Source: an uncultured Candidatus Saccharibacteria bacterium (GTDB taxonomy: Bacteria > Patescibacteriota > Minisyncoccia > Phycocordibacterales > UBA9973). From it: a DNA stretch of 64,000 nt. Position 1 is the first letter of the stretch, and every line of letters begins with the position of its first letter. Under the pieces are notes generated by a model. That model had not been told where the DNA came from. It made no database searches and saw only the letters and a program-made list of their open reading frames with translations. Both the position numbers and the translations under genes were made by a program. The stretch spans positions 87,166-151,165 of the forward strand of contig CAZGOI010000001.1 in assembly GCA_964527185.1 (NCBI GenBank), given 5' to 3'. Positions 53,037-63,094 of the stretch are shown one piece after another.

Positions 53037-55814
53037 TTAATGATGCCCTCCTCCACTTGCCTTACCGCTCCCACTACTATTATGATCTACTTTGACATCA
53101 ACATTTATTGATTTTAAGGAGTCACTAAGTATGCCACTCAAATCTTTAAAGAAATCTTTTTGTGCTGTTCCATGGTCGATGCCACTTAAACCACTCTTAA
53201 GCCCTTTTTTAATTGCACTTGATGCACTAGCGGCCATCGCAAGACCAAATACTGGTAGGATTCCTCCCATCCCCGCCATCGCAAGACCACCAGCCGTTAA
53301 CCAGCCACTTGGTTTGGTTTTAGCAAGTTCGCGTATGTCGTAACTACCTTTTCTTAATGATCTCACGAATTCACCAACAGCAGTACCTGCTTCTAAGGCC
53401 GCCTTCATATCTCCTGCAGTATGAATATACTCACCTCTCGTAGCTGCGTTACCTCGAGCAATTTCAGCTGCATGAGCAAAATTACCACTTGGATCAGCTG
53501 TAAATATTCCAGTTGCTGCATCATAATAACCCTTCATTCCATCAACAATTCCTCTTTGTGCAACATCGAGTTTTTCATAAACTTTGTTAAAGGTGTCCTT
53601 TGAATATATATCTCGATCAATTCTATCTTGTGCTAATTGTTTTTGGTCATCAGTAAGATCCTTATAGGTTGAATCATCCTTGCCAGTAATTTTTTGCGCA
53701 GACTGGTTTAATTCGTGTTCTGCATGAGCTTTATCATCAACACCCATTTCCCTTCTTTGGAACCAATTTGTTGTTTTACCAGTAATAGGGTCTGTTTTTT
53801 GTCCTACTTTATTAAATCCTGCCGCTATTCCTGCCATACTAGCTTTGCCTGTACTGGTAACAGCCTTTCTGGCGAGATTTAAGTATGCAAATGGATTAAT
53901 GATATTCGCACCCCTTATTTTACTTGCAGCATCTCTGACATCTTGAAATCGTAAAGCATTTTTTCTTGCTCCATCATTTTGCGTATACTTCGCAACTGCC
54001 CCAACTGTTTGTCTTCCAGTAAATGCAGTAGTCAATGCAGCCCCACCAATAGCCAAGCCTCCGCCAACAACCGCCGCTTTTGTAACTGCGCTACCAACAT
54101 AACCAGCAAATTCCACTGCTAACCTTTTAGCCATATTCAGAAGTATGATGATGAATGCAAATGGCACAATAATTGAGATTATTAGGTCTAAACCACTTCG
54201 ACCGCTTATATCTAGGAATGAAGACGAACATTCGGTTACACTAGGATCGCAAGCATTTGTTCCCAAAAATGCTATTATTAGGTACATAAAGAAGATGAAA
54301 ATTGGAGCCAAGAATGCAAATTTAAAAAGATTTGGCCACCACTTCTTCCACCCAATCATGTTGACATTTTGTATTACTGGCACTGCGTAAGAAAAGAATG
54401 CAAATGGCGCAAATATCATAGTAAGCCAGAGCCCAATAACCCGCGAGACAAATATCAAACCAACAGTAAAAAAGACAAATAGCCCCACAATATTAGTAAC
54501 ACTTGCAAGAATTGTTACTAATATAAATGTCCAAGTATCTATACCCTTAGTATTAGTAGTCGAAGCACCAGCTTGCCCTCCCGTATCTCTGGCAACATTA
54601 CCAACTTTGGCAGCATCTAGGATTAACCTCTGGGGATTTACCTTTTTGACGATAGCAACTGAAAGCGGAATTACGCCATTGTTGTCATTTGAATTATTAT
54701 TTGTTTGATTTGTTTGCTGCCCCGTCGCCGATTTATTTGGTAATGTATTTACTATAATAGAACTTGAATTATAAAAAACCCTGGCCAAAATATTTGAAGT
54801 ATCTATGATAACCTGCGTCGCGAAAAGACTGAAGTTTATTAAAAGACCAATGATAACAACATTGATGATCATTTCTTTGGTTTTAAATCCATGAATCCGC
54901 AGGATCGTCGAAAAAGCAATGTATAAAAGGACGAATATGAAAAACATATTCACAAAATCCTTGACTATTTTCCAACCTTGCAAAACAAAAGCGCTACGAT
55001 ATGATGTATCTGTTATAGAATACTTGAAAGTAAAATCAAAAAACTTACCGGCAATCCCAAACAATGCAGATGTTGGAACAAAGAAGAGCGAGTATATCAC
55101 TTGAGCTATACACCCCGGAACACTGATAAAACCATTTGTGAACCCAAGCCAACACGACGGCATATAGCCGTCTTGGCCTATCGATCTAGAAATTGGTTGT
55201 GTATTTTTCGAGTTATCAATAGTTTTTCCAGTATCAGCTGTTGTGACTGGAATATTTGTCTGTAGAACTGTCCCATCGGCTGTAGTACCACTAAATCCAA
55301 AATAACTGACATAATAAGTTTTGTTTGCAATTAAATTATTTTGTATAGTAACTGGTTTTTGAACAGGTGTACCATCATCTTTTAATGCCAAGCCACTAGT
55401 AAAATAATTTTGATCCAAAAAATGAGTATTTGCTGGTACGGAAAATAATTTTGTATAATCAAGTTTAGGATAACCCCCACTACCCTCAAGAAGTTTTGTA
55501 AGACGTTGTGCCCCTATTTCAGTATATAGTTCATTTAAACCTGCATTACTCATAGAAACTTGGTTGTCTGTAACGATGTAAAACAACCCATGATTCTCTG
55601 TAGTCGTGTACCTGGTTACATCAAATCTTATATCAATAGAATGGTCTGTAGAACTCAACCAATAAAGACTCAAATCAAAATCCCCAGCCTCTGCTACAGA
55701 TTTTTGAACGACCGGTGTGCTGTCTTTGATATCTAAGCTAAACGGTACAAACAAGTTTGCAAAGATGAGGGCTATTAGAACTGGTGGTAGAATTTTTTTA
55801 ATCATTTTTACCAA
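53037..55814 (-). CDS. 925-aa polytopic membrane protein, VirB6/TrbL-like candidate
   Basis: A signal peptide and large N-terminal ectodomain. At least six transmembrane segments mid-protein (..FAPFAFFSYAVPVIQN.. resembles the VirB6 conserved region). A ~400-aa Ala/Gly/Lys-rich C-terminal domain. Confidence 0.4.
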   Translation of the reverse strand: MVKMIKKILPPVLIALIFANLFVPFSLDIKDSTPVVQKSVAEAGDFDLSLYWLSSTDHSIDIRFDVTRYTTTENHGLFYIVTDNQVSMSNAGLNELYTEIGAQRLTKLLEGSGGYPKLDYTKLFSVPANTHFLDQNYFTSGLALKDDGTPVQKPVTIQNNLIANKTYYVSYFGFSGTTADGTVLQTNIPVTTADTGKTIDNSKNTQPISRSIGQDGYMPSCWLGFTNGFISVPGCIAQVIYSLFFVPTSALFGIAGKFFDFTFKYSITDTSYRSAFVLQGWKIVKDFVNMFFIFVLLYIAFSTILRIHGFKTKEMIINVVIIGLLINFSLFATQVIIDTSNILARVFYNSSSIIVNTLPNKSATGQQTNQTNNNSNDNNGVIPLSVAIVKKVNPQRLILDAAKVGNVARDTGGQAGASTTNTKGIDTWTFILVTILASVTNIVGLFVFFTVGLIFVSRVIGLWLTMIFAPFAFFSYAVPVIQNVNMIGWKKWWPNLFKFAFLAPIFIFFMYLIIAFLGTNACDPSVTECSSSFLDISGRSGLDLIISIIVPFAFIIILLNMAKRLAVEFAGYVGSAVTKAAVVGGGLAIGGAALTTAFTGRQTVGAVAKYTQNDGARKNALRFQDVRDAASKIRGANIINPFAYLNLARKAVTSTGKASMAGIAAGFNKVGQKTDPITGKTTNWFQRREMGVDDKAHAEHELNQSAQKITGKDDSTYKDLTDDQKQLAQDRIDRDIYSKDTFNKVYEKLDVAQRGIVDGMKGYYDAATGIFTADPSGNFAHAAEIARGNAATRGEYIHTAGDMKAALEAGTAVGEFVRSLRKGSYDIRELAKTKPSGWLTAGGLAMAGMGGILPVFGLAMAASASSAIKKGLKSGLSGIDHGTAQKDFFKDLSGILSDSLKSINVDVKVDHNSSGSGKASGGGHH

Positions 55815-56656
55815 ATATTAATTGCTTGCTCTAGGTCGCTAAAGTTTGGCAGATAAAACGCTCCTGGTGTTGTGTTTGGGTCGCTGTAATATGGATTGTC
55901 TTTAACTGTCTGTGGGCCAGTGTATCCTGGGTCGGCTTTTTGGGCTAGGCACTGTGTCGTCAGTTCTGTTGCTTGGTCGATGAGAGATTGGTTTGAAATA
56001 ATATCATTGTCAACCAAAGTTACATCGTCTTCAGTTTTAAGACTTGGCGCGATTAGATAATATTGTTGCAATAAATCATCCAACTGTTTTTTCTCACTCT
56101 CGGTAAAGACGAGAGGGTCATCGATCTGGCAGATTTTTGTTGGTGCAGGTGCGGGTACTGGTGGCCCACTAGGTCCACCACCAACCGTACCACCTGTTCC
56201 AGTTGTACCCGTGTTTGTCAGACCCCAACTTCCTGGAGGTGGAATAGGGTTAAACTGTGGAGTTATAGCGTTGAAATTATTATTGTTTGCAAAACTTCCA
56301 GTAGAACCAAAAGTACCACTTTGGCCAAAACTTCCACTTGAATTTAAATTCCCAGAATTAAGACTACCGCTAGCACTAGAATTGTTACCCGCGGCTATCG
56401 AGTTACTATTTTGCCCACCTATCGTTGATGTCGAACTAGTATTGTTTGTGGTTTGACTATTATTTAACGCGTTCAAGTCTTTTGCTTTAGATGAACCAAG
56501 GAGTGGCGAAAAAGTTTTTGTTATGTTTTCGGAATTTTTTGTGCCAAACAACTGGTTACCATTTTTGAAAATAAAATAGGCTGCCACAACAAGCACAACA
56601 ACAGCCACGATTGTGATGATTAATGCTCTGCTTTTTTTAGGGTTATGATCGTCCAT
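55808..56656 (-). CDS. membrane-anchored low-complexity (N/S/T/G-rich) hypothetical protein
   Basis: An N-terminal transmembrane segment (ALIITIVAVVVLVVAAYFIF), a low-complexity linker, and a Pro-rich segment (PSGPPVPAPAP). Confidence 0.35.
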   Translation of the reverse strand: MDDHNPKKSRALIITIVAVVVLVVAAYFIFKNGNQLFGTKNSENITKTFSPLLGSSKAKDLNALNNSQTTNNTSSTSTIGGQNSNSIAAGNNSSASGSLNSGNLNSSGSFGQSGTFGSTGSFANNNNFNAITPQFNPIPPPGSWGLTNTGTTGTGGTVGGGPSGPPVPAPAPTKICQIDDPLVFTESEKKQLDDLLQQYYLIAPSLKTEDDVTLVDNDIISNQSLIDQATELTTQCLAQKADPGYTGPQTVKDNPYYSDPNTTPGAFYLPNFSDLEQAINIW

Positions 56657-56659
56657 AGA

Positions 56660-58576
56660 TTATTTTATAGTGTCACCATCTTTATATGTGACCCTCTCCA
56701 TTAGTAAGCAAGACGCTTTATATGCTGGCAGGCCAGCGGCAACTCTTTTTGCATTTCTTCTGTCTTGAGCGGCGATCATGATGGTGTTGACTTTGTCTTT
56801 AATGATTTTTAATTTCGCCATATTAGAATTGGTTTGGGCAAGCGCATCTGTGTAATCACTCTTTGCTTGGTTAATATTTTCCTCATCTGTTGTTATATCT
56901 TTTGTTAAAGCTAAACCATCAGGCGACATCGCTAGGTACCCACCACCACTTGATGGGTCTTGCATTGACCCGTAGGTAGTGTCGATAGCACTTTGGTAAT
57001 CATTTAATTTCTGATCTAAAGTTGCAGGGTCGATCGGCCCTGGATTGCCAGTTGAAAGCGAATTTATATATGCGGTTATAGAATCGGCAGAATTGTTTCT
57101 CCAATTTGAATTTGGTCCTGGTATGCAGTAATCGAGTTTGCCAAGAGTTGGCAAAATTTTATCTACAACATCCATAGATTTCTTCAGATCATTTATATAA
57201 TTGACTTGGATTTGTATAACACCATTTTTAATAATCTTGCCATCGTCATAGGTATTGCCGAGATCTTTTGTTAAATCAAAAGATCCACCGCTTGCGCTAA
57301 AACCACCAGAACCACCAGCGCCACCGATACCACTAACCCCACCCGTATTTCCTGCCCCACCATTGTTATTATCAGACAACCAAATAGGTACTCCATTTGG
57401 GAATAAATTAGAACTACTGCTAGGGTTTAAACCTTCAAGGCCTTGTTTTTGAAATTTTGAAAGCAAAGCCGAAAACAAAGCATTCAAAGCATCGTTGACC
57501 GTCTTAACCATTTCAAGTTGTCGCTCAGGAGAGTTTATATAAGTTGCAATTTTATCTTTAATGGTACTACCAGGAGTTATCGTTTGTTGTTTTATACATA
57601 TATCTGTTGGTGTACCAGTTGTTGAAGTTTTCTCGGTCCCATCTTCATTATATTCAGGCTGATTGTTTGCATCGACAGTTTGCCACTCGACACATTTTTG
57701 CTGATCAATATAACCACCATTTCTATTTATCTGATCAGTTGTTTGTTGGACAGCAGTAGCTTGTTCATCTGATATATGTTGCGACCAGCGATATGTAGAA
57801 CCCAGAGGATTATTTTTATCATCTTGTGTTAAACCAAACCAACCTTCCCAACCACCAGCTGCAAAATCCTGAGAAAAATCTTGAATAGTTTGTCCTGGTT
57901 GGAGATAATTGGTAGTTAAATCCTGGGTCATCGATTGAGAAAAATTTCTGACAGATTGCTGAGCATTTATTGCACCCTGAGCAAAAGTTCTACCATATGG
58001 ATAATCAATTGAAGCATTTGTTCCTTTGAACAAACCAGTCTCTTTTTGAAGGATTTTATTTGTAATACTGTCCATGAATGAATTTACATTCTGAACATAA
58101 AGCGGGTCGCCGTTGAATCCAGTATTGATCCAATTCATTGTGTACTTTGTCATGGCTGTTAACTGGTTTTTTGCAAGTTGTATCGCTATGCCACTCAAAC
58201 AATCAGTGCTAAATTTTGCAGAATCTAATTTTGCTTGCGTTGTAGCATCACTAACCTGGACTTTTTCTTTTATATTTAATAAATTGTTTATCCCTTTTAT
58301 TATTGCAGTTTGTAATTTTGTTGCCGCCTTCTCTATTACACCAGTTAAGCCAGTACAACCAACCACACTTGTCAAAAGCCCTGCACTTAAAACACCCCTG
58401 AGTGATATTTTGTATGGGTTATTACCGTTTTGATTTGGGTTGTCATAGTTTAGAGGGCTAGAGGTCGTACCAGCCAAAGCTATCGGTATTGATTGTGTTG
58501 AAACCAAAGATAAAACAATCATCACCGAGATTATTGCTTTTGAAGTAGGTTTCTTTTTCATATAATACGCAAACAT
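56660..58576 (-). CDS. secreted hypothetical protein with a Gly-rich internal region
   Basis: Signal peptide (AIISVMIVLSLVSTQSIPIALAGT) and a GGAGNTGGVSGIGGAGGSGGFSASGG segment. Confidence 0.4.
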   Translation of the reverse strand: MFAYYMKKKPTSKAIISVMIVLSLVSTQSIPIALAGTTSSPLNYDNPNQNGNNPYKISLRGVLSAGLLTSVVGCTGLTGVIEKAATKLQTAIIKGINNLLNIKEKVQVSDATTQAKLDSAKFSTDCLSGIAIQLAKNQLTAMTKYTMNWINTGFNGDPLYVQNVNSFMDSITNKILQKETGLFKGTNASIDYPYGRTFAQGAINAQQSVRNFSQSMTQDLTTNYLQPGQTIQDFSQDFAAGGWEGWFGLTQDDKNNPLGSTYRWSQHISDEQATAVQQTTDQINRNGGYIDQQKCVEWQTVDANNQPEYNEDGTEKTSTTGTPTDICIKQQTITPGSTIKDKIATYINSPERQLEMVKTVNDALNALFSALLSKFQKQGLEGLNPSSSSNLFPNGVPIWLSDNNNGGAGNTGGVSGIGGAGGSGGFSASGGSFDLTKDLGNTYDDGKIIKNGVIQIQVNYINDLKKSMDVVDKILPTLGKLDYCIPGPNSNWRNNSADSITAYINSLSTGNPGPIDPATLDQKLNDYQSAIDTTYGSMQDPSSGGGYLAMSPDGLALTKDITTDEENINQAKSDYTDALAQTNSNMAKLKIIKDKVNTIMIAAQDRRNAKRVAAGLPAYKASCLLMERVTYKDGDTIK

Positions 58577-58588
58577 ATTATATCATTT

Positions 58589-59479
58589 CTACTTTATTTT
58601 GTCTGATAATTGGCCCATATCTACCACGAGCGCATCGCTATAATTCTTGTAATTGACGATTGCCTTCATTGCTATAATCGGGTCATCGAAAACTTTTCCT
58701 AGATCATCTATGGTTTTTGCCATCTTATCGTAATCATTGGCCAAATGCAGGTTGCTCGACACAAAATCTATTGGTACTTCGACTTTCATCAAATCACTGC
58801 CGAGCGATCTGTATACCCCGGCTACTAGACTCATCTGTTTTAAGGCTCCAGTGTCGTTGTCTCTTAAAGCAGTCGCTAAAAAGTTTAACTCATTGCCCAT
58901 GTTTTTGTTTTGGTATTTATCATAGATAGCCTTTAGGGATTTATAATATTTTACCGAAGAAGCCGAATCGCTACCCCTTGCAATTGTGACCATGTCTTTT
59001 GTGTATGAATCAGGAAGTGGTGTGGCGGTAATTTGCTCGCCGATAGAATCGGAAATAGCCCCGAGCGATGCGTCGTCCAAGTTTCCACTTTGTTCAAGCG
59101 ACATGAGGACGGCGAAAAATTCTCGAGAAAGAGTTTCGTTGTTGTTGACCGGTGCGCCACTTGCCAAGACCTCTGCATCGGTTGCGCTTGGATCAGCGTT
59201 TGACAGTGCCCTCCTTCTGGCCAAAATGTATTCTTTGTTCTCGGGGCCATTTTTTGTTGGGTCTAGCCCCCAAAGATTTTCTTCCCAGTCTGGTATACCG
59301 TTTGCATTGCTATCTTTTTGAACCAATTCTTTAACTTCAATTTTTTTTGCCGTTTCAATATCTTTACCTGTTTGATAATTTTTTATCAAAATAGAAACCA
59401 AAACTACAACTACAACACCTATTATGATAGCCGCGACTTTAAACAAAAATTTTTTACTCGGTAAATAATTTACTGCCAT
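58589..59479 (-). CDS. membrane-anchored hypothetical protein
   Basis: An N-terminal transmembrane segment (FKVAAIIIGVVVVVLVSILI). Confidence 0.35.
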   Translation of the reverse strand: MAVNYLPSKKFLFKVAAIIIGVVVVVLVSILIKNYQTGKDIETAKKIEVKELVQKDSNANGIPDWEENLWGLDPTKNGPENKEYILARRRALSNADPSATDAEVLASGAPVNNNETLSREFFAVLMSLEQSGNLDDASLGAISDSIGEQITATPLPDSYTKDMVTIARGSDSASSVKYYKSLKAIYDKYQNKNMGNELNFLATALRDNDTGALKQMSLVAGVYRSLGSDLMKVEVPIDFVSSNLHLANDYDKMAKTIDDLGKVFDDPIIAMKAIVNYKNYSDALVVDMGQLSDKIK

Positions 59480-59480
59480 A

Positions 59481-59987
59481 CTATTGTCCTATTTGTAAAC
59501 TTTGATTTGTGCTAACGCCATAATTATCTGTTGTTTTAAAAACTGGTATTGGTATTTGGGCGGGGCCAGCTGTGATGTAACAAGTTTTTAGATCTGGTAT
59601 TAATTTTTCATTGCCAAGAATTTGTTTACCTGGAATTGGCACCTTGCGCGGATTTGTTGTGTACGTAGGTATCATTTTATATATACCAGCAGCTATCCTA
59701 ATAGCCTTTGATTTTGATGGAGCACTAGCTGCGGACTTGGCTATGTCAATTAAACCAGATATGTTGCTAGTCAATAACGTACTTTTACCAATACCTGTGC
59801 ATTTTATAAAAGGAATGGGAGCTAAAATTATTGTTCCACCAAAAGATTTTAAAAGTGGAGAGCTAGCCCTGACCGTACCAGATAGTGTTACAGCCCAAGT
59901 TTCTCTGGTGAAAAGCAAAAAAAAGACTAAAATCAAAAGAGAAAATGATATTTTTGAATAATTACTAGTCACACCATGATTATACAA
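59481..59987 (-). CDS. small secreted hypothetical protein carrying a LAPIP motif (possible pilin-like subunit)
   Basis: An N-terminal hydrophobic segment. TIILAPIPFIKCTG echoes the LLAPIPGLGTT motif of the pilin-like protein at 46809..47963. Confidence 0.35.
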   Translation of the reverse strand: MYNHGVTSNYSKISFSLLILVFFLLFTRETWAVTLSGTVRASSPLLKSFGGTIILAPIPFIKCTGIGKSTLLTSNISGLIDIAKSAASAPSKSKAIRIAAGIYKMIPTYTTNPRKVPIPGKQILGNEKLIPDLKTCYITAGPAQIPIPVFKTTDNYGVSTNQSLQIGQ

Positions 59988-59996
59988 CTTGGTAGG

Positions 59997-60803
59997 CTAA
60001 TTTCCTATATATTTAGATAGATATTTATTCATTTCAAGCCATGTATCTAAGCTTAAATCTTCGGCTCGAGTATTCTCTTTAATTTTTAAGTATTCAAACA
60101 TCGATTTGATTGATTCTTTACTTATTAAACCTTCTAAATTTTTCCTTAACACTTTTCTTTTGTGGGCGAACCCAAGTTTTAAAATATCAAAAAACAATTT
60201 TTCTGATTTTTTATCGGTAAAGTTTTCATCAGAAATATTTTTGATTGCAATAATAGCTGAATCGACTTTTGGTATCGGCGAAAAATATTTTTTACTAACC
60301 TTCATTATGTATTTTGGTTGCCCATAGGCCTTGACCGAAAGCGACAAAATACTCTCTTTGCCATCCCGCGCGACGATCCGTTCAGCTACTTCTTTTTGTA
60401 CAAGCATTACCATGAATATGGGTTTAATATCGCTTGATAAAAATTTTTTAAATATTGCGCCGGTTATGTTGTATGGAATATTTGCGACAATCTTCCAATT
60501 ATCTTTTCTTGAAAAATATTTTTCAACTTCAAATTCGAGTGCATCGCCTTCTATCAATCGCAATTTTTTATTCTTTATTTCAACTTCAAATTTTTTAGAA
60601 AGTATTTTTACAAGTTCTCGATCTTTTTCAATGGCAATTACTTCCACGTTATTTTCAAGAAGTTTCTCTGTTAGCGCTCCTTTGCCGGGGCCAATTTCCA
60701 AAACAATGTCTTTGCCCGTCAACTCGGCTGCGGTGCACATTGCATTTAATGCAAGTTTCGACTTTAAAAAATTTTGACCCAATGATTTTTTTGCCTTATG
60801 CAT
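59997..60803 (-). CDS. rsmA: 16S rRNA (adenine1518/1519-N6)-dimethyltransferase RsmA/KsgA
   Basis: KKSLGQNFL..VLEIGPGKGALT..ANIPYNIT. Confidence 0.85.
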   Translation of the reverse strand: MHKAKKSLGQNFLKSKLALNAMCTAAELTGKDIVLEIGPGKGALTEKLLENNVEVIAIEKDRELVKILSKKFEVEIKNKKLRLIEGDALEFEVEKYFSRKDNWKIVANIPYNITGAIFKKFLSSDIKPIFMVMLVQKEVAERIVARDGKESILSLSVKAYGQPKYIMKVSKKYFSPIPKVDSAIIAIKNISDENFTDKKSEKLFFDILKLGFAHKRKVLRKNLEGLISKESIKSMFEYLKIKENTRAEDLSLDTWLEMNKYLSKYIGN

Positions 60804-60805
60804 AT

Positions 60806-62743
60806 TTATATATAGACTATTTTTTCACCGCTTCGCGAATGCCCTTGGTCGAAGCTCGTCAAATGCTCTGGAATGTCATATATGAATTCACTCGGCGTAT
60901 TGACTTGCCGTGAACCAAAAATTGTTCGCAGTGTTGCGTAGGTTAAAAATAATTTTTCTCGCGCTCGGGTGATCGCCACATAAAAAAGTCGGCGTTCTTC
61001 CTCGGCGTCTTCTTTTGTTTTTCTTCCATTTGAATAATCATCTCTCTCGTGCGGGAAAAGGTCTTGTTCCATGCCAGTCACAAAAACATATTTAAATTCA
61101 AGACCCTTTGAAGCATGGACGGTCATCAACCTAACACCTTGGCCTTTGTGCATCAGGCTGTCTTGATCGCTTGCTAAACTTGCGTCTTCCAACAATTTCT
61201 CTAAGCCCTCGCCTTGGGCTAAAAGGTCGTATTTTTTTGCCAGGGTTACCAATTCTTTCATATTTTCCAATCTTTCTAAGTCGTCGCTCGTTCCCCTACT
61301 CAACTCTTCCTCGAGCCCGCTTTCCCTTATGACATATTTTATAAGTTCGGCTGGCGTGTGGTCTTCGCTATATTTTTTTATTTTATCTAAAAGATCGTAA
61401 AATCTTGCAATTTTTTGTTGCATTGTTTGTGGCAAGCTGAGTGTATCTCTGGCAAAAAGTTTTGCAATCGTCACCTTGCCGATGCCGCGGGCTGGAGTAT
61501 TTATAATTCTTTTTATATCGCTCAGGCTCTGTCTGTTTAAGCTCGCCCGAATATACGACAGCATATCCTTGACTTCTTTACGCTCAAAGAATTTTGTCCC
61601 GAGCACTTGATATGGAATTCTTCGGCCAAGCAAGGCCTCTTCTAAAACGCGTGATTGAAAATTTGCCCGATACAGCACTGCGATATCTTCTGGCTTTTCT
61701 TTTTTTAATAATTCTTCTATGGTGCCCGCAACAAATTCTGCTTCGACGGCTTCATCATAGGCTTCATAGACTAAGATCGTTTCGCCCTGACCCTTGTTTG
61801 TAAATAATGTTTTGTCTATCCTGAATTGGTTTTTCTTTATAATATGATTTGCTGCCTCGATTATGTTTTTTGTTGAGCGGTAATTTTCTTCTAGGGTTAC
61901 AATTTTTGCCCGAGGGTAATCTTTCTCAAAATTGAGCATGTTTTTAATATTTGCCCCGCGCCAACTGTAAATATTTTGGTCGGTATCGCCAACGACGCAA
62001 ATATTTTCATTTTTATCAACCAAAAGTTTGACTAGCTCATACTGCACTTCGTTTGTATCTTGGTATTCGTCGATATGAATATACTTCCAGCGCTCTTGGT
62101 ACCCTATCCTAACTTCTGGGTAATTTTTCAAAATAAAAACTGTTTTTATCAACAGGTCATCAAAATCAAGCGCGCCTTCATCGCGCAGATTTTTCTCATA
62201 ATCTCTCCAAATTAGGCTCGTGATGCTTTGAATATTGCTCGTGACATTTTCTGTAAATGCATCGACGGTTACAAAATCATTTTTTGCTTTTGATATTATG
62301 CTTTTAATTTTCCTCGGCTCGTACTGCTTTTGGTCGATGTCTCTTGCTTTCATGATATCTTTAATCACGGCAAGCGAATCATGTTCATCGGCAATTGTAA
62401 AATGCCTAGTTAATCCTAGCAGATGAGCATTTTCTTTTATGATATAAACTCCGAGCGAATGAAATGTCAAAACAAAAGGCATGGATTCTTGCTTGCCGTG
62501 CAAGGGTTCGCGCAAGATATCAATCACTCTATCCCTCATTTCTTTAGCAGCTTTATTAGTGAAAGTCAGGGCAAGGATAGACTCTGGAGCTATGCCCATA
62601 TGTATCAGGTGAGCGATGCGATAAGTTATAGTCTTTGTCTTTCCAGCACCAGCACCAGCCACAATTAAAAGAGGTCCTTCGGTCGAAAGGACAGCCTCTT
62701 TTTGTTTGTCATTTAAGGACTCCAAGTAATTCATGAGCCCCAT
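60806..62743 (-). CDS. pcrA: UvrD/PcrA-family ATP-dependent DNA helicase
   Basis: Motif I LLIVAGAGAGKTKTITYRIAHL, motif II (HIDEYQDTN), and motif VI (YVAITRARE). Confidence 0.85.
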   Translation of the reverse strand: MGLMNYLESLNDKQKEAVLSTEGPLLIVAGAGAGKTKTITYRIAHLIHMGIAPESILALTFTNKAAKEMRDRVIDILREPLHGKQESMPFVLTFHSLGVYIIKENAHLLGLTRHFTIADEHDSLAVIKDIMKARDIDQKQYEPRKIKSIISKAKNDFVTVDAFTENVTSNIQSITSLIWRDYEKNLRDEGALDFDDLLIKTVFILKNYPEVRIGYQERWKYIHIDEYQDTNEVQYELVKLLVDKNENICVVGDTDQNIYSWRGANIKNMLNFEKDYPRAKIVTLEENYRSTKNIIEAANHIIKKNQFRIDKTLFTNKGQGETILVYEAYDEAVEAEFVAGTIEELLKKEKPEDIAVLYRANFQSRVLEEALLGRRIPYQVLGTKFFERKEVKDMLSYIRASLNRQSLSDIKRIINTPARGIGKVTIAKLFARDTLSLPQTMQQKIARFYDLLDKIKKYSEDHTPAELIKYVIRESGLEEELSRGTSDDLERLENMKELVTLAKKYDLLAQGEGLEKLLEDASLASDQDSLMHKGQGVRLMTVHASKGLEFKYVFVTGMEQDLFPHERDDYSNGRKTKEDAEEERRLFYVAITRAREKLFLTYATLRTIFGSRQVNTPSEFIYDIPEHLTSFDQGHSRSGEKIVYI

Positions 62744-62756
62744 TGTAGCATTTTAA

Positions 62757-63062
62757 TTAACCTATATCTGCCATTATTTCAGTTGCTTCATTTCGAATTT
62801 TTTCTGCTTCCTCGCCGACTATCTGGTCGATGTTTGGTATTTTTTCTACTAAAAATCCGAACATTGCCTCGGGGTCGGGATTTTCGTCTATGAGTTTCTC
62901 GAAAGCATCTTTATCTTCTTCACTCAAAATATCAAGCACTCGCAACATGACTTCTTGGTAGACTATCGCCCCGAGTCGTTCTATAGCCTCCCTCTGTTTT
63001 TCGGGTGGCAGAGAATCTATGCCTAGAGTTTTTATTACATTTTCATTTATTTTATTAAACAT
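62757..63062 (-). CDS. small acidic hypothetical protein (DUF5663-like)
   Basis: A 101-aa helical, Glu/Asp-rich protein. Confidence 0.4.
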   Translation of the reverse strand: MFNKINENVIKTLGIDSLPPEKQREAIERLGAIVYQEVMLRVLDILSEEDKDAFEKLIDENPDPEAMFGFLVEKIPNIDQIVGEEAEKIRNEATEIMADIG

Positions 63063-63094
63063 ATTTTATTTTTATATTATAGCACTAATTTTAA

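Noticed and set aside
58717-59334. Plus-strand ORFs of 60-111 aa inside the minus-strand T4SS-block genes.
   Set aside because: They are antisense shadow ORFs with Ser/Leu/Arg-rich composition and no independent support.
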